This document shows, in pieces, positions 28,108 to 36,233 of a DNA stretch of 64,000 nt. Numbering within the stretch: the first letter of the stretch is position 1; each line of letters begins with the position of its first letter. The translations under genes were made by a program, and so were the position numbers. The notes under the pieces were generated by a model. That model was not told the DNA's origin. It ran no database searches and worked only from the letters and a program-made list of their open reading frames with translations. The DNA lies in sequence record MW825358.1. One strand, given 5' to 3'.

Positions 28108-28225
28108 GGTGAATCCTCGTTAGTGTTTTGATGTGAGAGTTGCTAGACTCACAGATCCTCCTTCACGCGTAAAGAAAAACTTCACACTGTAACTTAGTGG
28201 ACCACCACCTTTAACTTGGACACTT

Positions 28226-28690
28226 ATGAGTAACCCTATTTCTGAAGCCTTGCTGCCGGATGAGACCAAGGCAATGCTGGCCAATGTGCGTGAGCGCGTT
28301 GTCAACTACGTGAGCAAGATGGCCCCAGGTGTGGCTATCTCAGATGCCGATGGTGCCACCCAGCAAAAGCTGCTGTGGACAGGCGTGTTGATGTACGTGA
28401 TGAACCTTCCGGCCACTCAGTTTGAGTACGGCTGGGGTGAGTTCTTGAAGCTGGTCCAAGAGCACCGTAAGGGTGCCTTCTCGCTGGCCTACGTCAATCG
28501 CTTCCAAGCCAACTTGCTACTGACCTTGCCTGAGCGCCGCAACTTCCAGCGTCTGATGCATCTGGCAGAAAAGACCTGCGATCCCAAGGCTCGCCCGCTG
28601 GGCCTGAAGCAGATTGACATGCGCCTGATTCTGGCTGGCTTACCTAGTGAGCCGGTGCGTCAGAAGTTCATTGCTTTCTACCAGATCTAA
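28226..28690 (+). CDS. Conserved jumbo-phage hypothetical protein
   Basis: 154-aa ORF followed by a hairpin. Confidence 0.7.
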   Translation: MSNPISEALLPDETKAMLANVRERVVNYVSKMAPGVAISDADGATQQKLLWTGVLMYVMNLPATQFEYGWGEFLKLVQEHRKGAFSLAYVNRFQANLLLTLPERRNFQRLMHLAEKTCDPKARPLGLKQIDMRLILAGLPSEPVRQKFIAFYQI

Positions 28691-28694
28691 AGTG

Positions 28695-28735
28695 CGACAT
28701 AAGCCCCTGCCCATAAGGGCAGGGGCATTATGACG
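28695..28735. terminator. Bidirectional hairpin flanked by CATA/TATG
   Basis: GCCCCTGCCC-ATAA-GGGCAGGGGC. Confidence 0.75.
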
Positions 28736-28876
28736 TTGATGGGTACGTAACCCTAACCCCGGATAGAGGTTTCTTGGTGACCATGGACTGGTATTTAGAC
28801 AGTCGTGGGTCGTTGGAGTTGAAGGCCGCTAGTTAGGACCGGGTGTGCTCCACATGGTTACCATCACCGTAACAAT

Positions 28877-28933
28877 TTACGTGAAGCACGTAGCTAGATC
28901 GAGTTCTTCGGTCTTTAAGGACTTACCGTGCAT
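28877..28933 (-). pseudogene. Displaced duplicate of the last 18 codons of the vRNAP beta' gene
   Basis: Encodes MHGKSLKTEELDLATCFT*, versus in-frame MHGKSLKTEELDLETCFS* at 28933-28989. Confidence 0.88.
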
Positions 28934-30234
28934 CAAGAAAAACAAGTTTCTAAATCTAATTCTTCTGTTTTCAAGCTTTTTCCATGCATGGCAGCCATGA
29001 AAAGCGACAAGAAGGTCGAGCCGATGTCCGAGGCGTAAGTGCCTAAGGCTTGCGGGGTGGAGGCAATGCGCTCACCCATGCACTTGGCACAGAAGTTTGC
29101 ACCGCTCGTCCGGCAATACACTGGCGAGCGTACCAACAAGGTCTGACCCACCAAGCCCTTTAAGGACTCTTCGGTCAACACCACAGGCTGACCTTTCTCG
29201 ATCCGGTAGTTACCCACGTAATGGGGCGCCTTGTCCTTGGTCATCAACACCGTCAGTCCCAACTTAGAACCACAATCGTCTTCGGAGACTTGCGAGTTCT
29301 GGAAGATACGGTTGTTGAACTTGGTTTCCACGCCGCCCAGTGCGGTCTGTGCACCACGTGAGAAAGAACCATCGCGCAGCTGGTTGACCATGGCCGGTAA
29401 CTTGGAGATATCCCAAGCCTCATCTAGCGAGGTCGGGATCAACTCACCTTGGACACCAAAGCCTGCACTGATGCCCTGCATGATGAACACCTTCAGGCGC
29501 ACCACGTCGTAGGACTTGTCCTTGATGTAAAAGCGCTCACCTGGATCGCCTTGCATCCACTTGCGATCCATCTTGGTCAGCTCATCCAAGATATTGGCCA
29601 GCACCACTGGATCATGCAGACGATCCTTGTTCTGGGCCAACAACTCATCACGGCGCTGGATCATGGCCGGGTCTGCGGTCATGGTCTTGCGCGTGGCAGA
29701 CGGCACACACAGCTGAGAAAACCCAGGCAGCTGACCGACAGCTTCACTGAAGAGCTTGTACTCACTGGTGCGAATGGGCCGGGCCTGCAACGGAAGCTTT
29801 AAGGCTTCTTCCTCAGGCATCGTGTCATCCCAGCGATCTTGAATCTGCTTTTCGATCGTTCCGATCTTGACCAGACCGGTCATAAAGCCGATCTTGCCAT
29901 GGAAGGGATGATTGAGGATCAGTTCGTTGACCAGGGCATTGCCGTAGGTGGTCTCCACCCGTTCGGTCACATTGGTCATCTGGCCAGGATTGAGTACCAG
30001 CTTTTCTAAGGGACGGAACAAGGGCTCACCGGGCATGGCGTCCTCAATGACCTCAAAGCCCTCATCATACTCCTTGCTGTAGCACGCATAGCGACCATCG
30101 GGCAAGGTAAACAAACCAAACGGGTAAGGATGCTCCCCACCCGGTCGGGTAATGGAGAACGCCTCAAGCACCCAGCGCTTGTGGAGGTAGTTCTCATTGC
30201 CCATGCAGATCAGAAAGTAATCTTTCTTGAACAT
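28933..30234 (-). CDS. Virion RNA polymerase beta' middle subunit (phiKZ gp80-like)
   Basis: GSFSRGAQTALGG bridge helix, DDCG...RSPVYC...FCAKCMG zinc site, LFMAAMHG trigger loop. Confidence 0.88.
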   Translation of the reverse strand: MFKKDYFLICMGNENYLHKRWVLEAFSITRPGGEHPYPFGLFTLPDGRYACYSKEYDEGFEVIEDAMPGEPLFRPLEKLVLNPGQMTNVTERVETTYGNALVNELILNHPFHGKIGFMTGLVKIGTIEKQIQDRWDDTMPEEEALKLPLQARPIRTSEYKLFSEAVGQLPGFSQLCVPSATRKTMTADPAMIQRRDELLAQNKDRLHDPVVLANILDELTKMDRKWMQGDPGERFYIKDKSYDVVRLKVFIMQGISAGFGVQGELIPTSLDEAWDISKLPAMVNQLRDGSFSRGAQTALGGVETKFNNRIFQNSQVSEDDCGSKLGLTVLMTKDKAPHYVGNYRIEKGQPVVLTEESLKGLVGQTLLVRSPVYCRTSGANFCAKCMGERIASTPQALGTYASDIGSTFLSLFMAAMHGKSLKTEELDLETCFS

Positions 30235-30243
30235 GTCAACTCC

Positions 30244-31056
30244 TTACAGTAGAGACTTGATGTCACGATCGAGCACCATCAGGTCCGGGATCGACAGCTC
30301 AAAGGTTTCCTTGAGTTTGGCCAACAAGGCCGGGATGGCATCTAGCGACGCATCTGAGGCATAGGCAAAGGCCACCAGCTCAGCGCCCAGCTTTGATACC
30401 GGAACGGCGTGTAGCGCTTCCAGGTGCGGTTCAATGGCCATTTCAAAGGGCAGACCCAGACGCAGTCCTTCATCTAGCGCGATAATGAACACACTCTCCT
30501 CATCAAAGCGCGCCTTGGGTAACAAAGCGCACAGGCGCTTTTGAGCGGCCGCCACCAACAGCTCATCAGGCTGTGGTTCTGGATTGCCAGCCTGAGTGAC
30601 CTCGCCAATGCGTGCGATCAGATCATCACTGACAGACTTGAGCACCAGCATGTACTCACCGGCACTGAGGTCACTGGTGATCTCCAAGATATCGGCCAGT
30701 GAGGCCTCGTTACCTTCCACGTTATCCAGCAGGGAGTTCAGGGTTTCCCGATCATCCCAATTGCTGATGCGCTGCACCCCTTGCATAATCGAGTTAAGTT
30801 GCGCTAACTCAATTTCAGGGTGGACGGCAATACCGAATTCTTTCAGGGTGTTTGTCAGGATCGGATGTAAGGTGCCGAAGATACCTTCGAAGACCAGATC
30901 GCGATCGCCACTGTCTGCCACACCCAGCACATTACTGAGCAAATACCTGTGCTGATCTACACCTGCCGCATCAAGGGTGTGACAGCAATCCATCACCAGC
31001 ACGCGCATTGGCGCGGTGGCGGTTGTGTGGAGATAGGCCTCCAATTGGTCCAACAT
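30244..31056 (-). CDS. Conserved hypothetical protein (phiKZ gp79-like by synteny)
   Basis: 270 aa, AGGAG RBS, co-oriented with the vRNAP gene. Confidence 0.65.
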   Translation of the reverse strand: MLDQLEAYLHTTATAPMRVLVMDCCHTLDAAGVDQHRYLLSNVLGVADSGDRDLVFEGIFGTLHPILTNTLKEFGIAVHPEIELAQLNSIMQGVQRISNWDDRETLNSLLDNVEGNEASLADILEITSDLSAGEYMLVLKSVSDDLIARIGEVTQAGNPEPQPDELLVAAAQKRLCALLPKARFDEESVFIIALDEGLRLGLPFEMAIEPHLEALHAVPVSKLGAELVAFAYASDASLDAIPALLAKLKETFELSIPDLMVLDRDIKSLL

Positions 31057-31156
31057 AAGGGGCTCCTAGGGATAGTACTAAAAGTTTACACCAAACTGTT
31101 CTCATATGAGAAGTCATGCCTTCTTCGCAATTTTCCAAATCTTCTGAGTTACTGAC

Positions 31157-31597
31157 ATGCCTAACCATCAAAAGCGCAGCCAGAATGATCAGCCGGTGTG
31201 GGATGTGCTCAACGGTCTGTCTGCAGCCGTTGGTCAGTGCACCCAGATTCCTGGACGACTCATTCCTTACTTGTCGGACAAAACCCTGCTGAGCAAGATC
31301 TCAGATCTGGGACGGTTTAACCGACTGGCCTCTACCTTACGAAACGATATCCGTCGTTTGACCGATCAGTTCCTTAGCATCCAGCAGCAGCACGCAGGGC
31401 GCACCGGGAATGTGGCCAGTCAAGACGATCTGATGGTTTCCATCCAGATTCACCAAAACTACGTTGAGTGGGCAGCGACCTTCGACGATGTAGTGATCCC
31501 CACCGTCATGGATATGTTCGAAATGATTCAGCAAGCAGGGGTCACTGACCTGCCGGCTATCAGCTCGGCCAGTCAAACGGTCGAACGCCACCATTAA
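31157..31597 (+). CDS. Conserved hypothetical protein
   Basis: 146-aa ORF. Confidence 0.65.
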   Translation: MPNHQKRSQNDQPVWDVLNGLSAAVGQCTQIPGRLIPYLSDKTLLSKISDLGRFNRLASTLRNDIRRLTDQFLSIQQQHAGRTGNVASQDDLMVSIQIHQNYVEWAATFDDVVIPTVMDMFEMIQQAGVTDLPAISSASQTVERHH

Positions 31598-31611
31598 GCG
31601 GAATTGCAACA

Positions 31612-33306
31612 ATGAGTAACGAGAACAATCCGACCTCTCAGGATGAGAGCTTTGTCGAGAACGATATTCCTCTGCCCCATGAGGTCGCCCCGGTCGCACC
31701 TGTTGCCGAACAGACGCCCGTTGTCGAGTCGATCATTGATCCGATGGTGTCTGGGACTGATGAGGCAGCGTGTTTTGAGGTGGACGAAACGCTAGACGCG
31801 CAGGCCGCGGCTGAGGCAGCCATCAACCAGATCGACGAAGAAGACGGTTATGCCGTATTCGTGCGGCGCGGTGTCAACCCCCATGCTGAGATGTCCTTTG
31901 ATCCGAGCCGACCGCTGGATCCGCGTCGCCCCTGGCGTCCGGGTGAGCATCTGAGCGTGGTGCCTTGCACGGCCGAAGAGTTTAACCACCTGGTGCAGAA
32001 TGTGGCCCGACTGGACCCGACCGGTTCAAAGACCGGTGCGCAGTGGACCCAGGCCGTCTATCAGGGTCAGGAAGTTATGCCGCGCGGTAACGCACTGGCC
32101 GGTGCGGTGACCCGTGAGACCTCTCTGTGGCGCCAAGGTGTGACCACCGGTGGTGAGGGAACGATGGACCTGATGGCAGGGCGTCCGCGCTTTGGTGAGC
32201 AGAACCAGCACAAGGCCTTGGTAGGTGATGAGGCAGTGCAGTACATGCAGGCCATGCTCGGCACCGGTCATGTCACACGCGTACCGCTGTGGCACTCCGG
32301 GATCTGGATCAACCTCAAGGCCCCGTCTGAGCAGCAGCTGCTGGAACTGGAGCGTCGCATTTCCAATGAGAAGATCTCTTTGGGTCGGGCCACCAACGGG
32401 TTGATCTTCTCCAACACGATGGTCTTCCACAACAGCTTCCTGTTCAACTTTGCCTTAGGGCTGGTGTTTGATTGCTCCATCAGCGCATTTACCACCGAAA
32501 CGCTTAAGCGCAAGATCCTGCTCACTGACCTGCCCACCTTGCTGTGGGGCTTGCTGTGTACGATCTACCCCAACGGGTACAAGTATCACCGTCCGTGCGT
32601 GAATGATCCTTCCAAGTGCACCCACGTGGCTGAGGCGATACTGGATATCATCAAGCTGTGCTGGACGGACAATACGGCCTTGACCGAAGCCCAGCGCAAG
32701 CACATGGTGCGCAAGACCGCCAAGTTCACGGATCTGGAGCTGTCTAACTATGTCAGTCAGCACAGCTACAACAGCAAGGCCACTGTGACTGTGCGTGATG
32801 TGGATGGTATCAAGACCACCGTCCAGCTGCGCGTGCCGACCCTGGCAGACTATGAACAGTCTGGCTTTAACTGGGTCGAAGGCATTGTCACGGGCACGGA
32901 TATGGCCTTTGGTTCCCAGCTGGGTGGTGAGGAGCGCAATGACTACATCATGGAACAGGCCAGTGCCACCAGCCTGAGCCAGTACGCCCACTGGGTGGAG
33001 CGTGTGAACTTCAACAACGGACTGACCTGGGTCGATGACCGGCAGACCATGGAGAAGATCATCGGCCAGCTCACTGGCGATACGCGTGCCTCGGAGTCCT
33101 TCTTGGAAGGGATGCGTGCGTTCATCAATGATGCCACCATTTCGTTGATTGCTATCCCCTCCTACAAGTGCCCAGTCTGCCAGCATGATCAGAATGATCC
33201 GGAAGAGAAGAAGCATCCGCATCTGATCCCGATCGACATTGGCACGATTTTTTTTATCCTTCTCGGCCAACGCACCCAGCTACTGCTCAATTCGGCGATC
33301 TTGTAA
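31612..33306 (+). CDS. phiKZ gp77-like protein; putative tail/baseplate assembly chaperone (gpG or T4 gp26-like)
   Basis: 564 aa; CVNDPSKC and CPVC Cys pairs; ends ...GTIFF over a T8 run. Confidence 0.55.
   Translation: MSNENNPTSQDESFVENDIPLPHEVAPVAPVAEQTPVVESIIDPMVSGTDEAACFEVDETLDAQAAAEAAINQIDEEDGYAVFVRRGVNPHAEMSFDPSRPLDPRRPWRPGEHLSVVPCTAEEFNHLVQNVARLDPTGSKTGAQWTQAVYQGQEVMPRGNALAGAVTRETSLWRQGVTTGGEGTMDLMAGRPRFGEQNQHKALVGDEAVQYMQAMLGTGHVTRVPLWHSGIWINLKAPSEQQLLELERRISNEKISLGRATNGLIFSNTMVFHNSFLFNFALGLVFDCSISAFTTETLKRKILLTDLPTLLWGLLCTIYPNGYKYHRPCVNDPSKCTHVAEAILDIIKLCWTDNTALTEAQRKHMVRKTAKFTDLELSNYVSQHSYNSKATVTVRDVDGIKTTVQLRVPTLADYEQSGFNWVEGIVTGTDMAFGSQLGGEERNDYIMEQASATSLSQYAHWVERVNFNNGLTWVDDRQTMEKIIGQLTGDTRASESFLEGMRAFINDATISLIAIPSYKCPVCQHDQNDPEEKKHPHLIPIDIGTIFFILLGQRTQLLLNSAIL
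33247..33256 (+). other. Candidate -1 programmed ribosomal frameshift site (T TTT TTT)
   Basis: ATT TTT TTT ATC; the -1 frame has no stop from here into ORF 33333-33773. Confidence 0.6.
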
Positions 33307-33332
33307 TCAATCAAGAAAGTCAGAACGGGCAC

Positions 33333-33773
33333 GTGCTCTTTCCCGGCTTTGGAGTCGAAAAAGCCAAAGACCTTGCGCCAGTCAAACAACTGGCCGAGGT
33401 CATGCGGACCGCCGAGCGCAAGACCTTAACCCCGTATGAGAGCCAGCTCTTACTGCGGGAAGCCTATGATGACACCTTTGGGATTGCCAAGCACAGTCAA
33501 TCGCGCAATCCCATGTCATTGGTCAGTGTCCAATCCTCAGAGTTGATTGGACCTTTCAGCAGACAGTATCGCTTGTACAAGCGTTTTGCCACCTTGGACA
33601 TTGGTAAACTGTTTGGCTTAAATATCACCGAGTTTCTCCAGCAGCCGCGGGAGATGATCGAATTGATGTTTGCCATTGCTGAAGAACGCACTCAGATTGA
33701 GAACCGTAACAATGACCGTGCTGAAGCCGCCTTCCAGCGTAGCTTGGACAGCGGGAGAATGCCTGCGGTTTAA
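33333..33773 (+). CDS. Probable T-part of a frameshift fusion, or a separate small protein
   Basis: Lies in the -1 frame of 31612; GTG start with weak RBS; LFGLNITEFLQQPRE resembles tail-chaperone T domains. Confidence 0.6.
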   Translation: MLFPGFGVEKAKDLAPVKQLAEVMRTAERKTLTPYESQLLLREAYDDTFGIAKHSQSRNPMSLVSVQSSELIGPFSRQYRLYKRFATLDIGKLFGLNITEFLQQPREMIELMFAIAEERTQIENRNNDRAEAAFQRSLDSGRMPAV

Positions 33774-33788
33774 CCGATTGGAGATCGC

Positions 33789-33911
33789 ATGATCGTCTAT
33801 GAAGGTCCCGGCAACTTATTTGAGTGTGGGGTACAAACCATCACGTGCAGTGAGAGCGGGAGGCAATGCCTCCCGCTCTTTTTATGGTTCCGAATAAGTT
33901 CACACCCTTAA
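33789..33911 (+). pseudogene. Orphaned original 5' end of the macrodomain gene
   Basis: GGAG RBS; MIVYEGPGNLFECGVQTITCS matches MIIYEGPGDLFSCGMQCITCS at 34723 (16/21 aa), then runs into a terminator. Confidence 0.88.
33853..33883 (+). terminator. Intrinsic terminator at the edge of the HNH insertion
   Basis: AGAGCGGGAGGC-AAT-GCCTCCCGCTCT-TTTT. Confidence 0.85.
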
Positions 33912-33958
33912 TATCAAATTGAGAAGGACTGTCAACCTTTTACAATTAAGGGAAACAA

Positions 33959-34726
33959 ATGAGAATTGATGTTACCGGCCAGCGTTTTGGACGATTGGTG
34001 GCTCTTAGTCACCGCCAGGTCGCAGTGGGGAATCGCAAATATATTCGCTGGCTTTGCCGGTGTGATTGCGGTAATTTGACAGAAGTACTTCTGTCAAATC
34101 TCAAAAATGGCAACTGCTCTAGTTGCGGATGTCTTAGTAAGGAGCGAGTTGCTTCTTTAAATAAGACACACGGAATGTCAGGCACAAGGGAGTATGCGGC
34201 ATGGGGCGCCATGATCTCACGATGCCACAATCCCAATGCTCAGGCCTTGGATAATTACGGCGGACGGGGAATTTCAGTTTGTGAGCGCTGGCGCAGCTCC
34301 TTTGAGAATTTTTACAATGACATGGGCCCTCGCCCCTCTGATGAACACTCCATCGAACGCCGCAACGTCAACGGTAACTACGAACCGGGTAACTGTTACT
34401 GGGCCACTGCCGATGTTCAAGCCAACAACCGACGGAACACCCTGTATGTTGAGTACCTAGGGGAAAGACTCACCGTAATGGCCCTTTCAGAGAAAACGGG
34501 GGTTCCTTATCAAAAGCTGTATGAAAGGATCTATCGGTTGGGGCAGTCGGTTGAAGAAGCCATCAGACCAGATCAAGAAGTGAAGTTATACGAAGGGTTC
34601 GGTAAGAAACTTAGTCTCAAGCAATGGGCGGTGGAACTCAACATGAACTACTACACGCTCTACGACAGGTTCAAAACCCACGGCTCGATTGAAAAAGCAG
34701 TAAAGAAACCTGTGAGGTCCAGATGA
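33959..34726 (+). mobile_element. Free-standing HNH homing endonuclease
   Basis: RIDVTGQRFGRL, CRCDCG, SCGC, YGGRGISVCERW, SIERRNVNGNYEPGNCYWAT...QANNRR, with C-terminal HTH-like repeats. Confidence 0.9.
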
Positions 34727-35181
34727 TCATATACGAGGGACCGGGAGATCTATTCAGCTGCGGCATGCAATGTATAACTTGCTCGATAAATACTGTCGGT
34801 GCGATGGGAAAAGGGATTGCATTGGAGTTCAAGCGTCTAGTGCCAGGGCTGTATGAATACTACCGCCAGCACTATCATGATAAACCTCCACTGTTTCCCA
34901 GTGTCAATAAAGTGCTAGTCTACAACGTCGATGCCGAGCGCAAGGTGTTGTTACTGCCCACCAAAGACCACTGGGTATATCCTTCCAAAGTAGAACTGAT
35001 TGATCGCAATTTGCAGGTGCTCACCGAAACCTATCGGGAGCTTGGAATTGAATCCCTAGGACTGCCGTTGATTGGCTGCGGCCATAATACCGGACAGCTT
35101 TCCTGGGAGCGTCAAGTTCGACCTTTGGTCTATCAGCACTTGGATCCCTTACCGATCCCTGTAAAGATCCTGACAGGCTGA
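34723..35181 (+). CDS. Macrodomain ADP-ribosylglycohydrolase (DarG/Appr-1-p-like)
   Basis: GDLF, INTVGAMGKGIALEFK, PTKDHW and LGLPLIGCG motifs. Confidence 0.88.
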   Translation: MIIYEGPGDLFSCGMQCITCSINTVGAMGKGIALEFKRLVPGLYEYYRQHYHDKPPLFPSVNKVLVYNVDAERKVLLLPTKDHWVYPSKVELIDRNLQVLTETYRELGIESLGLPLIGCGHNTGQLSWERQVRPLVYQHLDPLPIPVKILTG

Positions 35182-35220
35182 CATAGACCCCCGCCCACAA
35201 GGCGGGGGCTTATGGCGTCG
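35179..35220 (+). terminator. Hairpin flanked by CATA/TATG
   Basis: CCCCCGCC/GGCGGGGG stem. Confidence 0.7.
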
Positions 35221-35230
35221 ATTCAAGGGA

Positions 35231-35257
35231 ATTTGAGAACTATATTAACTTAGTGAA
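35231..35257 (+). promoter_or_regulatory. Putative early (vRNAP) promoter
   Basis: ATTTGAGAACTATATTAACTTAGTGAA matches copies at 53819 and 54884 and resembles the phiKZ early TATATT core. Confidence 0.65.
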
Positions 35258-35291
35258 GTCTGTCTCAATCAAATCCTCTAGGAGCATTACC

Positions 35292-35846
35292 ATGCAACAA
35301 CAAAGCTATCGCCTTGACCGAAACGATCGCAATCCGCGTCTCCCATATGGCGATCTGCTTTGGGAAGGCACGGTGAGCCCCAGTAAAGCATTTGCCTCGC
35401 TGATCATCTACGAACTGGGCTATGGGGGAACGATCACTGAACTGAGCGAAACCAAGCTCATCGTTCAGACCTGCGTGATGTCCAAGATCGACCATGTCGT
35501 CTTTGAGGGCACTAAGGAAGAAATGGAGCCGCTGCTGCAGTACGTGGCGATCTTCCATCAGCTTTCTTCAGAAGATGATATCGGCAGGATCTTCGACGCC
35601 TTGGAAGGTACTGCGCTGAAGGAAAAGCTCCTGCGGCCTTTGTACCTCACCACCGCCGGGATCATGATGGTGGGCGGCAGTCGTGCCCATCGAGCCATGA
35701 TCGGGTTTTTGGTGGAGAAAGAAGGACAGGTCGAGCAGCTCAGTCAGTACGATCTCAAGGACCTGGTCGCCCTGGGCCAGCTGGTCATCGAAGGGGCCAG
35801 TCGCAGTGAAGCCATTGCCACCCTCGATACTGTCGTTGAGGCTTAA
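35292..35846 (+). CDS. Hypothetical early protein
   Basis: AGGAG RBS before ATG 35292. Confidence 0.7.
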   Translation: MQQQSYRLDRNDRNPRLPYGDLLWEGTVSPSKAFASLIIYELGYGGTITELSETKLIVQTCVMSKIDHVVFEGTKEEMEPLLQYVAIFHQLSSEDDIGRIFDALEGTALKEKLLRPLYLTTAGIMMVGGSRAHRAMIGFLVEKEGQVEQLSQYDLKDLVALGQLVIEGASRSEAIATLDTVVEA

Positions 35847-36221
35847 ATGGCCGCCAAGAAGTCAGCGGCCGTGTTGGCCGTGCAGATGTGTGATGCGGTG
35901 ATGGCCTTGCGGGTATTTGGTGATAACAACAGTGTCTATCAGACCCGTTTGGAGAATGAGATCTCCAAACGGGGTTGGCGCATGGATGAGGCACGGATTG
36001 AAAAGATCCGCTCTGAGATGCATCAACGCCAAGCTGAACTGGATAGCCTAATGGCCAAGTTGCGTCAATGCCTGACTGATTTTGGTACCATCACTAAAGC
36101 CGAAGAGAAAGCTTTGGGATGGTACTGGGATGAGGCCACCGTGATCCGCGATAACTACAATGCCCGTGCCCGGGACATCACCGCCAACCTTCCCACCTTT
36201 CATCAATTCCGCCCTCGCTAA
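35847..36221 (+). CDS. Hypothetical coiled-coil protein
   Basis: 124 aa, abutting the upstream stop. Confidence 0.7.
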   Translation: MAAKKSAAVLAVQMCDAVMALRVFGDNNSVYQTRLENEISKRGWRMDEARIEKIRSEMHQRQAELDSLMAKLRQCLTDFGTITKAEEKALGWYWDEATVIRDNYNARARDITANLPTFHQFRPR

Positions 36222-36233
36222 CAGGAAAAGAAC

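Noticed and set aside
28736-28876. Structured RNA or element remnant after the duplicated vRNAP end
   Set aside because: Only one 10-bp pairing (GGTGACCATG/CATGGTTACC) and no recognisable ORF or family motif.
33239-33439. 66-aa ORF over the T8 run (+1 frame)
   Set aside because: It stops at 33439, has no RBS and does not connect to the downstream gene; only the -1 frame bridges.
33852-34785. Intron interpretation of the HNH insertion in the macrodomain gene
   Set aside because: No group I P/Q/R/S or group II boundary motifs were seen, a terminator follows the first copy, and the downstream copy already makes a complete protein.
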